From assembly GCF_964188315.1 (NCBI RefSeq), contig NC_135656.1, positions 122,946,001 through 123,010,000 of the forward strand: a stretch of DNA of 64,000 nt. Direction: 5' to 3'. This document shows, piece after piece, positions 10,478-23,334 of this stretch (position 1 is the first letter of the stretch; each line of letters opens with the position of its first letter). Made by a program: the position numbers and the translations under genes. The stretch is from Podarcis muralis (Eukaryota). The notes under the pieces were generated by a model. It saw only the letters and a program-made list of their open reading frames with translations, made no database searches and was not told the DNA's origin.

Positions 10478-13400
10478 CTGCATAGAGGAAAAGAGACTTC
10501 ATTGTCCTGACATCAGTCACCTACAATGGTCTGAGTGCTGTTACAATTGAGGGGGAATGGTGGACATGTGGGAGAGAGTATGAAAAACACTGTTTTATTG
10601 GCAAGGAATAAAGCAAATGTCCCAGTCCTTGACCTTATCACCAAGAAAAGATCTTGTGGAGCATGACTAAAGAAACTTTCTCCATGAGATGTTTAAAAGC
10701 TGCTTCTGTGAAGACTAGACCAGGGATGGGAACTTCTAGCTGTTGGGTCAAACTTGGCCCAGTTGGTCTCCACCTTTGGTGATGTCGTTTTTGTCAATTG
10801 TCTGGTGGGTAAGGGAGTTTAAGCAAAGCAGTTTAAGCTGCCTGTGGAGTTTAAGCAAGGCAGGCTGTAATCTGCCAATCAGCTGACGGGTGATATCCTG
10901 TCCTACCTTCCTGAGTGGAGATTGTCCCTTCTAAGCAGGGAGCACAATCATAGCAGCATGGAGGCCTCCCTTCTTGAATCTTCCTGGCATTTCCAGGGTG
11001 ACAGCTCTGTGTGCATCTTGCATGAGGCATGGCCTAGACATGAAGAGAAAGTGTTAGGAGCATTTGTACCTGTGGAAGCAGATCAAAGTGTTTTGGAAGG
11101 ATCCTGTAAAAAGGCATCTTTGCTTCCAATGGCCCCAACTGACCCCAGGCCCTATTTTGGAGAGATTACTTTCTTTTCTTCAGAACAACATGGCAGACAA
11201 ACTTTTTGGTTTTTCTGATTCTTTCCCTCAACACTGCTCTATCACTTTTCTATGCATACAAGCAACCAAGGTAAACAAGATTAATTTCATTTCACTTTTA
11301 ATTTGTATACCGCCTTTCTATATGCCAGCTGAAAACAACAGGAAAGATCACACACATAATAACAGTGTGGTCCAATACACAAAGGTCACAATAACTTTAA
11401 AATAAACAACTTGCATCTAATAAGACTTTAGGGGAATTTAGGGAATCTGGCCTCCTGCAAACTCATAACTGTATGTTTGCCAGCCTCTGAATTTTTAAAT
11501 CCCTATGTGCCTAGAGCCAGTGTGGTGTAGTGGTTAAGAGTGGTAGACTCGTAATCTGGGGAACCGGGTTTGCATCTCCGCTCCTCCACATGCAGCTGCT
11601 GGGTGACCTTGGGCCAGTCACACTTCTTTGAAGTCTCTCAGCCCCACTCACCTCACAGAGTGTTTGTTGTGGGGGAGGAAGGGAAAGGAGAATGTTAGCC
11701 GCTTTGAGACTCCTTAAAGGGAGTGAAAGGCGGGATATCAAATCCAAACTCTTCTTCTTCTACTAGTAGTTTAGGAATGGAGTTGAAAGTGACCAGCATG
11801 CTCTTCTGAGGTCTGGGAGATACTCAGAGAGAGTGTGGGCTGCTTTGGCAGTAAATCACAAAGGTGTAGGTTGAACTCAGTAAGCCTTGCATCACATTAA
11901 GGTTGGGCTGTTATGTATCTTTATATTAAAGACAACATACTTTACATATTTATTATAACAATATCAGACCTGAAAATACTTAGAAACTTGTTCAGCCTTA
12001 TATTATTGAACACTGTAGTGGTATTGGTCATGCTGAAAACAAAACTCTCACATAAGGTTGTTTACAACATTTGATTAGAGTGTTTCCATAAGACACTTGT
12101 CATGCAGGTTGAGTGCTGGGGGCACTGGCTTGAAAGCTATTTTAAAAAAATAACTGCTTTGGTGTACCCCAGGTTCCCTCCCACCTAGGGCTGCAGGAGT
12201 AAGAAGAAAGGTTGTGGCAGTAACTACCGGAGGGTAAGACCTACTGGCCTCACTGCAGGGCTGTTGTGTTGCTGTTGGGCAACGAAGCGCGTGTGGGAGG
12301 CTCTCTTAAACACTCCCTTCCCCACTTCATTTGAGAGAGCACCAAGTTGGGGCAAGCTGTTCTACTCTGTTTTGGAAAGTCTCCTATTCCCTGCGACATT
12401 GTATACAGTCTTACTCAAGATTGTACTCCATTAAGCACAGTGGTACTTAGTTCCAGGGAAGTGTTCGTAAGCATATACTCAAAGCCTCATACTGTATGTA
12501 TTATGCATTATTGTTACTATGATTTATTGAATTTGTATACCGCCTTATACCTGCGGGTCTCAGGGCAGTGCACAGGATAAAATAACAGTATAAAAACACA
12601 AAAATACATAAGCAAAATAAAAACATAAACAACCCAATAACCTCCCCCTCCTGCCGCCAATTGAACATGCTATTAGAGTCAGGAGTTCAGCCTACACTCG
12701 AGTAGGACCCTGGCAGAGACACATGCCTGACTGGCAAGTTCTCTCCCTCTGATCGATCGTTCGGGAGCTTCAAAAGCTTTCTTCAGCCCGAACATCACAG
12801 CGATCTGCAGAGTCTTCACAGCTTGCGTAACAGACCCCGGCAACTCAGCATTTTGGCTAATCTACTTTATTTATATATAAACACACACAGAGCACTGCAA
12901 CATGGCTCCCTCTCTCTCTAGCATCAGACAGCAAAGAGGAAAAGAACAAAGGACAATAGTCCCACTTCACGGAACACAATAACACAAACATCCTGTCTCC
13001 ATCACTTCCCACTCTATGGAGTCAAAACATACACCGTCATGTGATATACAAAAATCCCATTACGGCAATCATGGAGCAGGAATTCTAACAATTAGCACAT
13101 AGTAAAATGACAAATATAATTTATGCCACCTTCTCAAATAGCTTGGGCCATACAATTGCTTCCTTGTTAATGATGATCTTTTGATCTGAAGCTGTCTGTC
13201 TCTCTATTTTCCCAATTTTCACTCTACCACGAGAGTTGTTAGGAAAGAGCACCCAATTCACAATATCGAAGTCAACGGCCAGTGCCCCATTTTCATCCAA
13301 GTACTGTCCATCAGGTGAAGTATTAGAATAGAGATGCACTTCTTTCAAGAATGGATGAAGCTACAACGACAGAGGAAACTGTGATCTGGACTCATAGAGA

Positions 13401-16400
13401 CTGTGATTTATTTTTAGGTCCCCTCATCCTGCTTCAACATTTAGGGGAGACCAAAATCATCATTATTACATATATCAGGAAATGTTAAGTAAGAGTTTTG
13501 GAATATATGTAAAGATTAATCTAGATGGATTTATTAAAGGAATCTGTATAAAGAGGCCTATCCGGTGGCGCTGGTCACCCTGCAAGTCAGAGATTACAAG
13601 GAAGGTTAGAGGTGGAAAGCACTGATTGGAGATTCCTTCCATTTGTCTTAGTTTTGGAGTTGTGCAGTTGAAACTGCAAGCTTGNNNNNNNNNNNNNNNN
13701 NNNNNNNNNNNNNNNNNNNNNNNNNNNNNNNNNNNNNNNNNNNNNNNNNNNNNNNNNNNNNNNNNNNNNNNNNNNNNNNNNNNNNNNNNNNNNNNNNNNN
13801 NNNNNNNNNNNNNNNNTTTGCATCCATAAAGTAATTCATTCATGTTTTTTGGAGTTAGGTCTATTCCTGGTCTTCTAATTAAAGCCTGAAAAATAATAAT
13901 CTGCCCCTATATTCTTATTATATGCAGATTCAACACGTTTTGCCCTTTCAAAGTTGCACTGATTTGGGGACTGTTTCTGTTGTGCTGCTCCTGTGACTCT
14001 GGTATTCCCTTGCCCTAGATGGCAGAAACTCTGATGGATTTCTGCCAGTACTTGAAAACAATGCTATTGGATTATTTTAACACTCATTCATATTTTCTGC
14101 TCCTATCAGGGGTACCAGTGGTACCTTGGTTCTCAAACTTAATCCGTTCTGGAAGTCCGTTCAACTCCTTAAACAGTTCAGAAACAAGGTGTGGCTACCG
14201 ATTGGCTGCAGAAGCTTCCTGCATTCAAGTGGAAGCTGCGTCAGACGTTTAGCTTCCAAAAAACGTTCACAAACCGGAACACTTACTTCTGGGTTTGCGG
14301 TGTTCATGAGCCAATTTGTTCGGCAACTAAGCTGTTCGGGAGCCAAGGTACCACTGTATTCCTGAAAATCTCTCTCAGATCCTGCTGATGTGATGAAGAG
14401 TGGATTATACATGAAACACATACATGCATACATACATACATACATACATACATCCCTGCTATGCTTGACTCTGAATGCATGATGCTGGGGAAAGGGGCAT
14501 AGCTCAGTTGCTAGAGCATCTGCCTTGTATGTGAAAGGTCCCAGGTTTAACCCCCAATTTCATTTCCAGGTACCCCTGGGAAAGATAACTATCCAGAAAA
14601 AGTGGAGGACCACTGCCCATCAATCAATAAGAGACAATACTAAGCAAGAGAGAGAGCCACATTCTGACTTAGAGTAAGTCATTCAACTTGTTTTTATTAT
14701 TGGTTGTTAGCCGACCTGAGCCTGGCCTTGGCTGGGGAGAGCGGGGTATAAATAAAATTTATTATTTATTATTTATTATTAAGGCAGCTTCCTATGTTTC
14801 TGCTGCTAGTCATTGTAGACAGAACTAGATGGATCATTGGTCTGACTTGGTATAATTCAACTTCTTAGGCAATTCTAGGGCTGGGGAAATGAACTGCAGT
14901 TTGTAAAAGGGAATGGACATACCTGCCATGGTTGTAGCCTTAGAAGTTCCAACCTGTCTCCTCCACCCACCACTGGAATCTGCTTTGATGTGGACAAATA
15001 CGCTTTGTTTAAGGCCTGAGCCACGACTTGTACACTATAGTAATTGATGTAGCTGTCTTGGGACTGGATTCTTTCAATCTCCTCCTGGGGCAACACCCCT
15101 AGATTCTCGTTCTCCCTGCATCTTTTCCAATCCCTCACAGACAATACATGCTTTGAATATGAGCAATCGAATCCTTTCCCCCAGGTAGTAGAATACACTG
15201 GCTCATAGTAGTCATATTTTGTCCTTTTTTTGGTCTTCATTACAAAGGACAAAGAACCATGGGCATACCGGAAGGCTTCAGTTTCATATAAGAATATTGT
15301 GTTTGGAATAGCTGTGGTTATCCAGACTTTCCCCCCAGTCTGTATCCTTTCAAGGAAGGATTCTACCTCTATGATTATATAAAGTCCATCTTGAAAGTCT
15401 GCATAGTAAACAAAGACATTGACTTGTCTCCACATGGCAGGTGCTTCATGGGGCATCCACAGCCAAGTCTGGAGTTGTACTTTTTTTGAGAAGGCAACAC
15501 AAATCTCGTTGCTGGTCATCAGAGGTGCCAAGGTGCTCAGGAACATTTCTCCATTATCATTGTCAGGAGCAAAGAGTCCAATCCATGTCCACCTGAAAAG
15601 CTGGAGGAGTTGGACTATCCCCATGTACTGAGTTTCTTCATTGGGGGCCATTTGGTAAACAAAAGGAAACTGGGCTTTATCGGGAAGAACAAAGCCATAA
15701 CTGAGCTGTTAGGGAAAGGAAAAGAGACTGAGCTTTTGTTCTTCAGGAGAACCTTTGGGTACTCCTATGTGAAAGATGATGATCAATTTAATTAGCATTA
15801 ACTTCAAGGATTTTAGAAATAATAGAATAGTATAACTTTTTTATTTAAACATTTTCTATACTGCTTAACTGCAATAGCCTCTGAACATTTTACAAAGATG
15901 CAATGCAAAAATTAATACTAACACTACTAATAATAGTCTGTCCCCATCAATGGTGTAGCCACAATGGAGCCTCTGGACTAGGTCCAAATAAATTGCATTG
16001 CAATAATCAAGACTTGAGGATTCCAATGCAATGATCACCGTGTCCAGACTATACATTAGTGTCACAATGAACGGTAGATTCTTATCTGCTGCAGCCTTCA
16101 TCCGCCTTCACAGCCATTGTAACATACCACTTGTTATCTCGAAATTGAAATACTTTATTGTCACTTGTACAACTTGTATACAGTGAGATTACATGAGCAC
16201 CCCCCCCCACTCTTAGTCTTAATAGCCCTCATTTGCTGATGCACACCCACCAAACCCGAAAGACAGTTGCCCTGTTGTTATCTTTTCATTCAGCAGCCTA
16301 ACAGCCCAGGGATAGAAGCTGTTCTGTACCCTGTTGGTGCGACTAATCATGCTTCTATATCTTCTGCCTGAGGGCAGGAGATCAAGAAATGCCGGCCAGG

Positions 16401-18166
16401 GTGTGAATCATCCCTGAGAATTTTCCTCACTCTCCTGAGGCAATGTTCTTCCGCTATTTCATCCACCTGCTCTGCCATTAAGAACTTCTTGGATCATTCT
16501 TTGTCTAGCTCCTCCCCAAGGTCCTTACCACCTTAGGTGACCCTAGTGGGAGTATGAAACTCCTGATGGCTTCGCTCACAAGGGTCATGGGAATGTGAAA
16601 GCCCACCCACCACGACAAGGTGATGATCCAGCAAGTGAGCCAACTCTTCATACACGTGATCCATCAGGGTGACCAGGGCCTATTCAGTCCCAGCACTACA
16701 CCTGAACCCAGACTGAAATGGATCCTTCAAAATAAAATCCTCCAGAAACCCACAAGCATGATTTGAGCACAAGAGCATTCTCTCCTCATGTGGTTTCCAG
16801 AAACTGGTATTAAGAAGAATCACTGCCTCTAAGTGTGGAGGCAGAGCACAGCCATCAGGGCCTTTCCGCCATGAATTTATTTGATCCTTTTCTTAAAGCC
16901 ATCTCAGTTGGTGGCCACCACTGCTTCCTGTGGGAGCAAGGTCCATCATTTAACTACGCTTTCCCTTCATGAAAAGCAGTGTTTGTACAATGATGTGATG
17001 TACAAAGCAGCATGAGCAGTAAAATCAGTTTCATTATCCTAAGTATAACATGCTGTTGGGTCTGTTTGACTTGAACCTACTTCTTACCTGTGGGATTTTG
17101 TAGATGCCCAGCATGTTTGCAATGTGCATGGAGATGTCGGATTTCCCCCCTTCAAGAATAGCCAGCAGATTTTTCCATCTTCCGCAGCTATAGTTTGGAA
17201 TGTTGATTTCCCCACCCGCAAGGAGGTCGGTCAAGCCATCAGAAGTTGTTCTTCCATCAAAAAAGGTATCATAGATGCTGTAGCCAAGGGTGATGTTGGT
17301 TAAGAGCTGGGGGTTATGATTTATCTCCTGAACGGCAAGTGGGAAGGAAAGAATGTACCAATCTCTCCCAGTCACCCAACTGCAAAAAAAGTGTGTCACA
17401 TTGTCACCCTCAATTCAGTGAAAATGAAAGTCACATTGCTCTGGGACAGCTCAAATGGCACAGCATGAGACTCCTAATCTCAAGGTTGCCAGAAGCTTAA
17501 TCAGCCCTTTTCCGTAGACCTCCTTGGCTGCTCCACCAGAACCAGTGGTTGATAGCTGTCAATTTATCAAAGGACCACTCCAGGCATTATATATCTCACA
17601 AAAATTAGTCACCAGATAATGATTTACATGTCTGTAGTGGGGCTCTGGGAAGAGCATATCCTCACAATATCCAAGAAGTTTTAGGGACGCTGGGCTATGC
17701 TGAGCACCTGAGAAAAAGTCCATGAAGTCAAATTGAACCCCCAGGCTGCTTTGCACCTGCCTAAGCATAGTAGATGTATGCAGTTGCGTAGATTACATTG
17801 TGCCTGGGGAAAAAGGAGTCATGCAATTCTCTCCAACTGCCGTTGCACCCAGTTATAAAGGAGGAGCCTGCCTTTCATTGTGGAATGAGAGTTGCCTTAT
17901 CATTTGCTTTTTTCCATGAGAGAAGCAGCCTCTCCTCTATCTCCCAACAAGGGCAGTGAGTCAATCCTGGGACACTAATTCTGTGACTAAACTTCCAGGA
18001 GATTATTTTAGATTGAAAGTGGGGAAACTCTCCACTTTTCATGCCAAGGACCATGGACTGAGCATTCAACCTTCCCCAAGGGTCCATGATATACACTGAG
18101 AAAATTCATTTCACTTTACTCACTATGGAAAAACCACAATTCAAACATGCCCCACAGTATTTGCTA

Positions 18167-18211
<45 letters not shown>

Positions 18212-19188
18212 AAGTTAAATTTAGGGTACTGTCAATGAATTTATCACTTAAATAACATTGTAAAATGTGTCGAAACACTGCTTTTCACCAAATGAAAAGA
18301 CTTCTAGAAATCTAAGAAGCAACATGTTCCATTAATGTTTAAAGGTAAAGGGACCCCTGACCATTAGGTCCAGTCGTGACTGACTCTGGGGTTGCGGCGC
18401 TCATCTCACTTTATTGGCCGAGGGAGCCGGCATACAGTTTCCGTGTCATGAGGCCAGCATGACTAAGTCACTTCTGGTGAACCAGAGTAGTGCACAGAAA
18501 CGCTGTTTACCTTCGCGCCGGAGCGGTACCTATTCATCTACTTGCACTTTGACATGCTTTCGAACTGCTAGGTTGGCAGGAGCAGGGACCGATCAACAGG
18601 AGCTCACCCCGTTGTGGGGATTCGAACCGCCGACCTTCTGATCAGCAAGTCTTAGGCTCAGTGGTTTAACCCACAGAGCCACCCGTGTCCCTCCATTAAT
18701 GTTTAGAGCCCAATAAAGTCCAATCCTAGCTTCCAAAAGTTTCATATCAGAGGTGAGAAAGCAAGGAGGGCACTCGTTGCTTTTGTTTAACATTATACTC
18801 CTACCCAGATTTTCCAAATATTTGAACTGCTCAGTGGTCATGGTGCTCAGAATTAAAGGGAAACAAGCCAACAAAAATGAGATAGTGATCTATCAGGGGG
18901 TACCAGAAATGACCCTGGTATAAGAGGAGAATTGGAGAGTAGGTAGGAAGCAGAAATAAATCAGTACATCATTACTTACGACTCAAGCCTGCTTAAGGGG
19001 GTGCTGGAAAAGGAGAAGGGATATTGACCTCCTATTAATCCTGAAGATACGACTCCGGCAATGAGGTGGTCTCCTGGCCGGTAATAATTCACAGCAAGAT
19101 TTTTATCCCGGATGAGATTCAGCGGGCATTTTGCCTTCTGCTGCACCCCAGAGGTTGCAAGAGGCAGCAGCAGGAGCAGCCTTATCAT
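9567..19188 (-). CDS. Vmn2r: V2R gene A, complete six-exon ORF, 850 aa
   Basis: Exons of 209+292+783+231+127+911 = 2553 nt join in frame with GT-AG introns (phases 2,0,0,0,1); signal peptide, VFT, Cys-rich domain and 7TM with [18 protein letters not shown] motif. Confidence 0.92.
10907..11033 (-). CDS. Vmn2r: V2R gene A exon 5 (Cys-rich domain)
   Basis: TAG|GCC...GAAG|GTAGGA; [42 protein letters not shown]; 127 nt. Confidence 0.9.
11514..11762 (+). mobile_element. Squam3-like SINE
   Basis: GAGCCAGTGTGGTGTAGTGGTTAAGAG head, GGATATCAAATCCAAACTC(TTC)n tail. Confidence 0.8.
12671..13090 (-). mobile_element. Solo-LTR-like element in gene A intron 4
   Basis: TGTTAG.../...CTAAT/CA termini and AATAAA on minus strand; no clear TSD. 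Confidence 0.4.
13130..13360 (-). CDS. Vmn2r: V2R gene A exon 4
   Basis: TAG|[15 protein letters not shown]...DFDIVNW...IVWPKLFEK|GTGGCA; 231 nt. Confidence 0.9.
14116..14356. mobile_element. Tc1/mariner-type MITE
   Basis: TIRs CAGTGGTACCTTGG / CCAAGGTACCACTG, followed by TA. Confidence 0.8.
14923..15705 (-). CDS. Vmn2r: V2R gene A exon 3 (VFT)
   Basis: CAG|[23 protein letters not shown]...RLQPWQ|GTATGT; 783 nt open. Confidence 0.92.
15960..16135 (-). mobile_element. L2 ORF2 fragment
   Basis: [18 protein letters not shown] resembles the L2 RT C-terminal 'SRLDYCN' motif. Confidence 0.6.
16146..16490 (-). mobile_element. Rex1/Babar-like LINE 3' fragment
   Basis: GATAGAAGCTGTTCTG...TATATCTTCTGCCTGAGGGCAGGAG resembles Rex1 RT end (PSGRRY); CAATAAAGTA-type end; recall-based. 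Confidence 0.4.
17088..17379 (-). CDS. Vmn2r: V2R gene A exon 2
   Basis: CAG|T-WVTG...[21 protein letters not shown]...IPNYSC...YKIPQ|GTAAGA; 292 nt. Confidence 0.92.
18342..18691 (-). mobile_element. Sauria SINE
   Basis: Full body; TSD CCATTAATGTTTA (18329-18341 / 18693-18705). Confidence 0.9.
18980..19188 (-). CDS. Vmn2r: V2R gene A exon 1
   Basis: [14 protein letters not shown]...KC...[11 protein letters not shown]; donor TC|GTAAGT; 209 nt. Confidence 0.88.
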
Positions 19189-19419
19189 TCTTGGTCTCTC
19201 TGCTACACTTCCCTCCTGACTGGTCCTCCCAAATCCATAGCCAGTTGATCGGAAGAAACCCCAAACACTTGAACGACAGAGGCTGCAGTGACGTGACAAA
19301 TGCAGCTCTGGATTCAGGGCCAAAGGGAACGGACCATAGCTCAGAGGTAGAGCATCTATTTTGCACTCAGAATGTGTCAGTTTCAATCCCTGCTAACTTC
19401 TCTAGGTAGGGTAGGAACA

Positions 19420-19556
19420 GAACCATAGAACCATAGAACTGTAGAGTCATCTAGTCCAACCCCCTGCAATGCAGGAATCTCAACTAAAGCATCCATGACA
19501 GATGGCCATCCAAACGCTGCTTAAAAACCTCCAGAAAAGGAGACTCCACAACTTAG
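19420..19556 (-). mobile_element. CR1 LINE 3' end
   Basis: (CATAGAA)n tail, CTAGTCCAACCCCCTGCAATGCAGG. Confidence 0.6.
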
Positions 19557-20014
19557 AACACAGATTCCTATTTTCCGATTAAGCTTCGCAGAGACCTCTC
19601 TTTCTCCTTCACCTGCTCCATATCTTGGCCCCAAGGACTCTGTAGCACACGAGATATTTTATACATGAAACTTTTCAGGCACAGTGGAGTAAATTACCTC
19701 CTGCTGCCCTTGATTATGATGTTTACATAATTGTTACCAAAGGCAATATTTGAAGGGTGGACTCTGGGGATTGTGGTTCTGATAACTGTAAAAAGAAGAA
19801 AAATCTCATCCAGAACTTTATGGGAGCAGAAGAAAAATATGTTTACTCAAAATTCTGTATTTACTCAAATATAATGCACACATTTTTGGGACAAATTACG
19901 TTGTGAAATTAGGGTGCACATTAGATTTGATGGCACATCTACATTTGCCAACAATACTTTTTTTGTTTCAAGGTTTTGTAAATTGAGGTGCACATGAGAT
20001 TTGATGGCATATTA

Positions 20015-20363
20015 AGGTAAAGGGACCCCTGACTATTAGGTCCAGTCGTGGCCGACTCTGGGGTTGCGGTGCTCATCTCGGTTTAGTGGCCGAGGGAGCC
20101 GGCGTACAGCTTCTGGGTCATGTGGCCAGCATGACTAAGCCGCTTCTGGCGAACCAGAGCAGCACACGGAAACACCATTTATCTTCCTGCCGGAGAGATA
20201 CCTATTTATCTACTTGCACTTTGACATGCTTTCGAACTGCTAGATTGGCAGGAGCAGGGACAGAGCAACGGGCGCTCACCCTGTTGTGGGCGTTCGAACC
20301 GCCGACCTTCTGATCAGCAAGTCTTAGGCTCTGTGGTTTAACCCACAGTGCCACCCGCATCCC
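20015..20363 (-). mobile_element. Sauria SINE
   Basis: Full body; TSD TGATGGCATATTA. Confidence 0.9.
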
Positions 20364-20712
20364 TGATGGCATATTAGATTCGCGTACATATGGTACTGAC
20401 ATGGTTCATGGAGGGAGAAAGGTTTTTTTTTATTAAAAAAAAACTTTATTAATTTACACATAAACAAATATACATGAATTACATAACATACATAACAAAA
20501 ACACTACAAATGAATAAAAACAATAAAGTAAGAAAGGATAAAGAAACAGACATAAACAAATACAATATATATTACTCTTACATGACATATTAAAATATAT
20601 AACTTCCAATAATTCTCATTATACTACTTATATTATCTGTATTCTTTGCACAGATTCATATTATTTTGTTTTGTGTATATACATATACATATACATATAT
20701 ATATACATATAC

Positions 20713-20759
<47 letters not shown>

Positions 20760-20806
20760 GGTTTTGGTGTCCTCGGGTATCTTCCCGTGTAAAAGTTGGG
20801 GTGTCT

Positions 20807-20848
20807 AGGCGACGTTTCGACGAGGTCTCACTCGTCATCTTCAGGCAG
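20807..20848 (-). ncRNA. Minimal hammerhead ribozyme motif
   Basis: Core CTGAAGA (20844-20838), stem II, GAAACGTC. Confidence 0.6.
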
Positions 20849-20910
20849 GTGCTTTCGGCTTCTTGTTACTGGAACAGAGCTCTGTTCCAGTAACAAGAAG
20901 CCGAAAGCAC

Positions 20911-20952
20911 CTGCCTGAAGATGACGAGTGAGACCTCGTCGAAACGTCGCCT
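20911..20952 (+). ncRNA. Minimal hammerhead ribozyme motif
   Basis: CTGAAGA 20915-20921, GAAA 20941-20944, GTC 20946-20948. Confidence 0.6.
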
Positions 20953-21030
20953 AGACACCCCAACTTTTACACGGGAAGTTACCCGAGGACACCAAAACCT
21001 GCATTCCTGTACCCGTGAAAATCTACGAAA

Positions 21031-21083
<53 letters not shown>

Positions 21084-22448
21084 CCAATATAATATTTTAT
21101 GTATTTCTTTCTTACCAGTATCACTCTACTTCTGCAAGTATCTTATTGTTCGTACAGTATGATTTTAGTTATTCTTTTAATGTTTTCCATTCCTTATATA
21201 CCTTCTGGTTTGACACTCCTCTAATTTTTCCAGTCAGTTTTGCTAGTTGCAGGTATTCTATCATAAGAGTTCAGCATTCTGTTTCCATAATGGGCAACCA
21301 GGTGCCTCAATGGGAAGCTCACAAGAAGGAGGTGAGGGCAGTGGCCCTTTCTATACTTGTGATTTCTCCAGTCCGGTACTCAGAGGCAACCTACCTCCAA
21401 CAGTGGAGGGATAACATATCCATAAGGACTAGTAGCTGACGACAGTCATATCCGCTTCCATGAATTTGTCTAAGTCTTTGCTTTAATTTTAAACAAAATT
21501 AATACAGCACTTTATTATAGATAGACCCTCTGAGTTGCTTACAAAAACCAACTAAAAAATTAAAACTCAATGAAATACAAAGCTGCTAACATATATTTTG
21601 AAGATTCAAAGTATAGTTCAAATAAACAGTTATGCTTGATGTAGATTAAAGAACATGCAAATTTCTAAAAATCCCAATAGGCTTCATTAAACCAAAATGG
21701 TTTTGTAAGGTGCTGAAAAGAATTCAGCTAAAGAGTCAAAAGGCAAGGAGTTCCAAAGTACATGTGTTGCCACACTTCAGGATCAACAACTTACAAGGGC
21801 AGAATGAGTATGATTTAGCCCTTGTAACAATGCCAGTTCCGCAGTTTGAAGCAGATGAGAGAATAAAGATTGGGTAAGGCGATACCTCACATAAAATGGC
21901 CCAAAGCTCTTAAGGGCTTTGGTGACACATTGAATATCAGACCACTAACAAAAGAGCAAGCAGTGAAGTTCTCTCAGCGGAGCTGTTATATACTATAGAG
22001 TTGATAGACCATCAGCATTCCCTGTCTGTTCATCAACCCCAACAAACCCTCTTAACCCACCCCAAGGTTTTTTTGTTAAAGCAGGTGGTGCTTTTATGGA
22101 CAATAGCAACAACACACAGCCCTTTGACCCCACTGGCAGGCCTGTGCTGACTATCCAGTTGATCTGAATATGGTCCTGTCCACCCAGCTAACACATCCAA
22201 GTTTCAGCAATACAGCCCAGGTCAGCCCCTGCACCTAGGATTACGGTGTGGATGTCTATGGTCTTACTTTGGACTGGACTGGCATTGAAGAACAGCATCA
22301 CCAGATCAAATATATCTGAGGGGTCACCTAACAACTTTCAGGATCTTTAAAAAACTATAGTTCTCATTATTATTATTTTTTTGGGGGGAGCCAAAAGTGT
22401 TGGTATAAGAGTGTTTTCAGTGTATTATGTGGAAGTAACTCTGTCATT

Positions 22449-22814
22449 GGGACGCAGGTGGCGCTGTGGGTAAAACCTCAGCGCCTAGGGCTTGCCGATC
22501 GCATGGTCGGCGATTCGAATCCCCGCGGCGGGGTGAGCTCCTGTTGTTTGGTCCCATCTCCTGCCCACCTAGCAGTTCGAAAGCACCCCTAAGTGCAAGT
22601 AGATAAATAAGTACCGCTTTATAGCGGGAAGGTAAACGGCGTTTCCGTGTGCTGCGCTGGTGCTGGCTCGCCAGAGCAGCTTCATCACGCTGACCACGTG
22701 ACCCGGAAGTGTCTCCGGACAGCGCTGGCCCCCGGCCTCTTAAGTGAGATGGGCACACAACCCTAGAGTCGGACACGACTGGCCCGTACGGGCAGGGGTA
22801 CCTTTACCTTTACC
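22449..22814 (+). mobile_element. Sauria SINE (second subfamily)
   Basis: GGTAAAACCTCAGCGCCTAGG...TACGGGCAGGGGTACC; TSD TAACTCTGTCAT. Confidence 0.9.
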
Positions 22815-23332
22815 TAACTCTGTCATGTGCCAAGGTGAAGCTTTGGGAAACACACAATGGTGAGCTCTCTAGTGCAAGAGGTTCACGTACGTGATTTGGC
22901 TCGGCCTGATTTTTAGTTTTGTTGTGGAAATCAATAATCACACTCAGATTCACCTCAAAAGCTCTTTTTATTCAAGCACATGGAGATTCTCCAAACATTA
23001 TCGGCATCATGGAGACTCTGAGGACCCAGCAAATATTTATGCATAAATTGACACACAAATACCACTGGAAATGAAAAAGTACAAGCAAGTTTCAACATGT
23101 ATTAACATTTCTAAATAAAACTGTTCGTCCCTTAGTTCAGCTTTGTACAATATTACTTTCTTGTTCTAAACTGCATGGACACATGGAAGCAGAATTTTAG
23201 CAAACCATTTATTCTTGCAGGCTAGGTCATGTAGTAATGTTTCTCTTTTTTCACTAGGGCAGTTTAAATCCTAAATCCTAAAAAAATGATTTCTAAGGCA
23301 GAATCCTCATGTGGTTCCCCCCCCCTCTCTCT

Positions 23333-23334
23333 CT

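Larger units (their letters stand above)
20756..21033. mobile_element. Minimal PLE insertion: 250-bp palindrome of pLTR ends plus ~29-nt tail, within (TA)n
   Basis: 20755-21004 self-complementary about 20879/20880 with one mismatch; same sequence as ends of 3716-4973. Confidence 0.85.
20425..21260 (-). mobile_element. L1 3' fragment interrupted by microsatellite and PLE palindrome
   Basis: Minus-strand remnant LAKLTGKIRG...EWK..K..L..YC resembles the ORF2 end at 41170; AT-rich 3' UTR and AATAAA. Confidence 0.55.
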
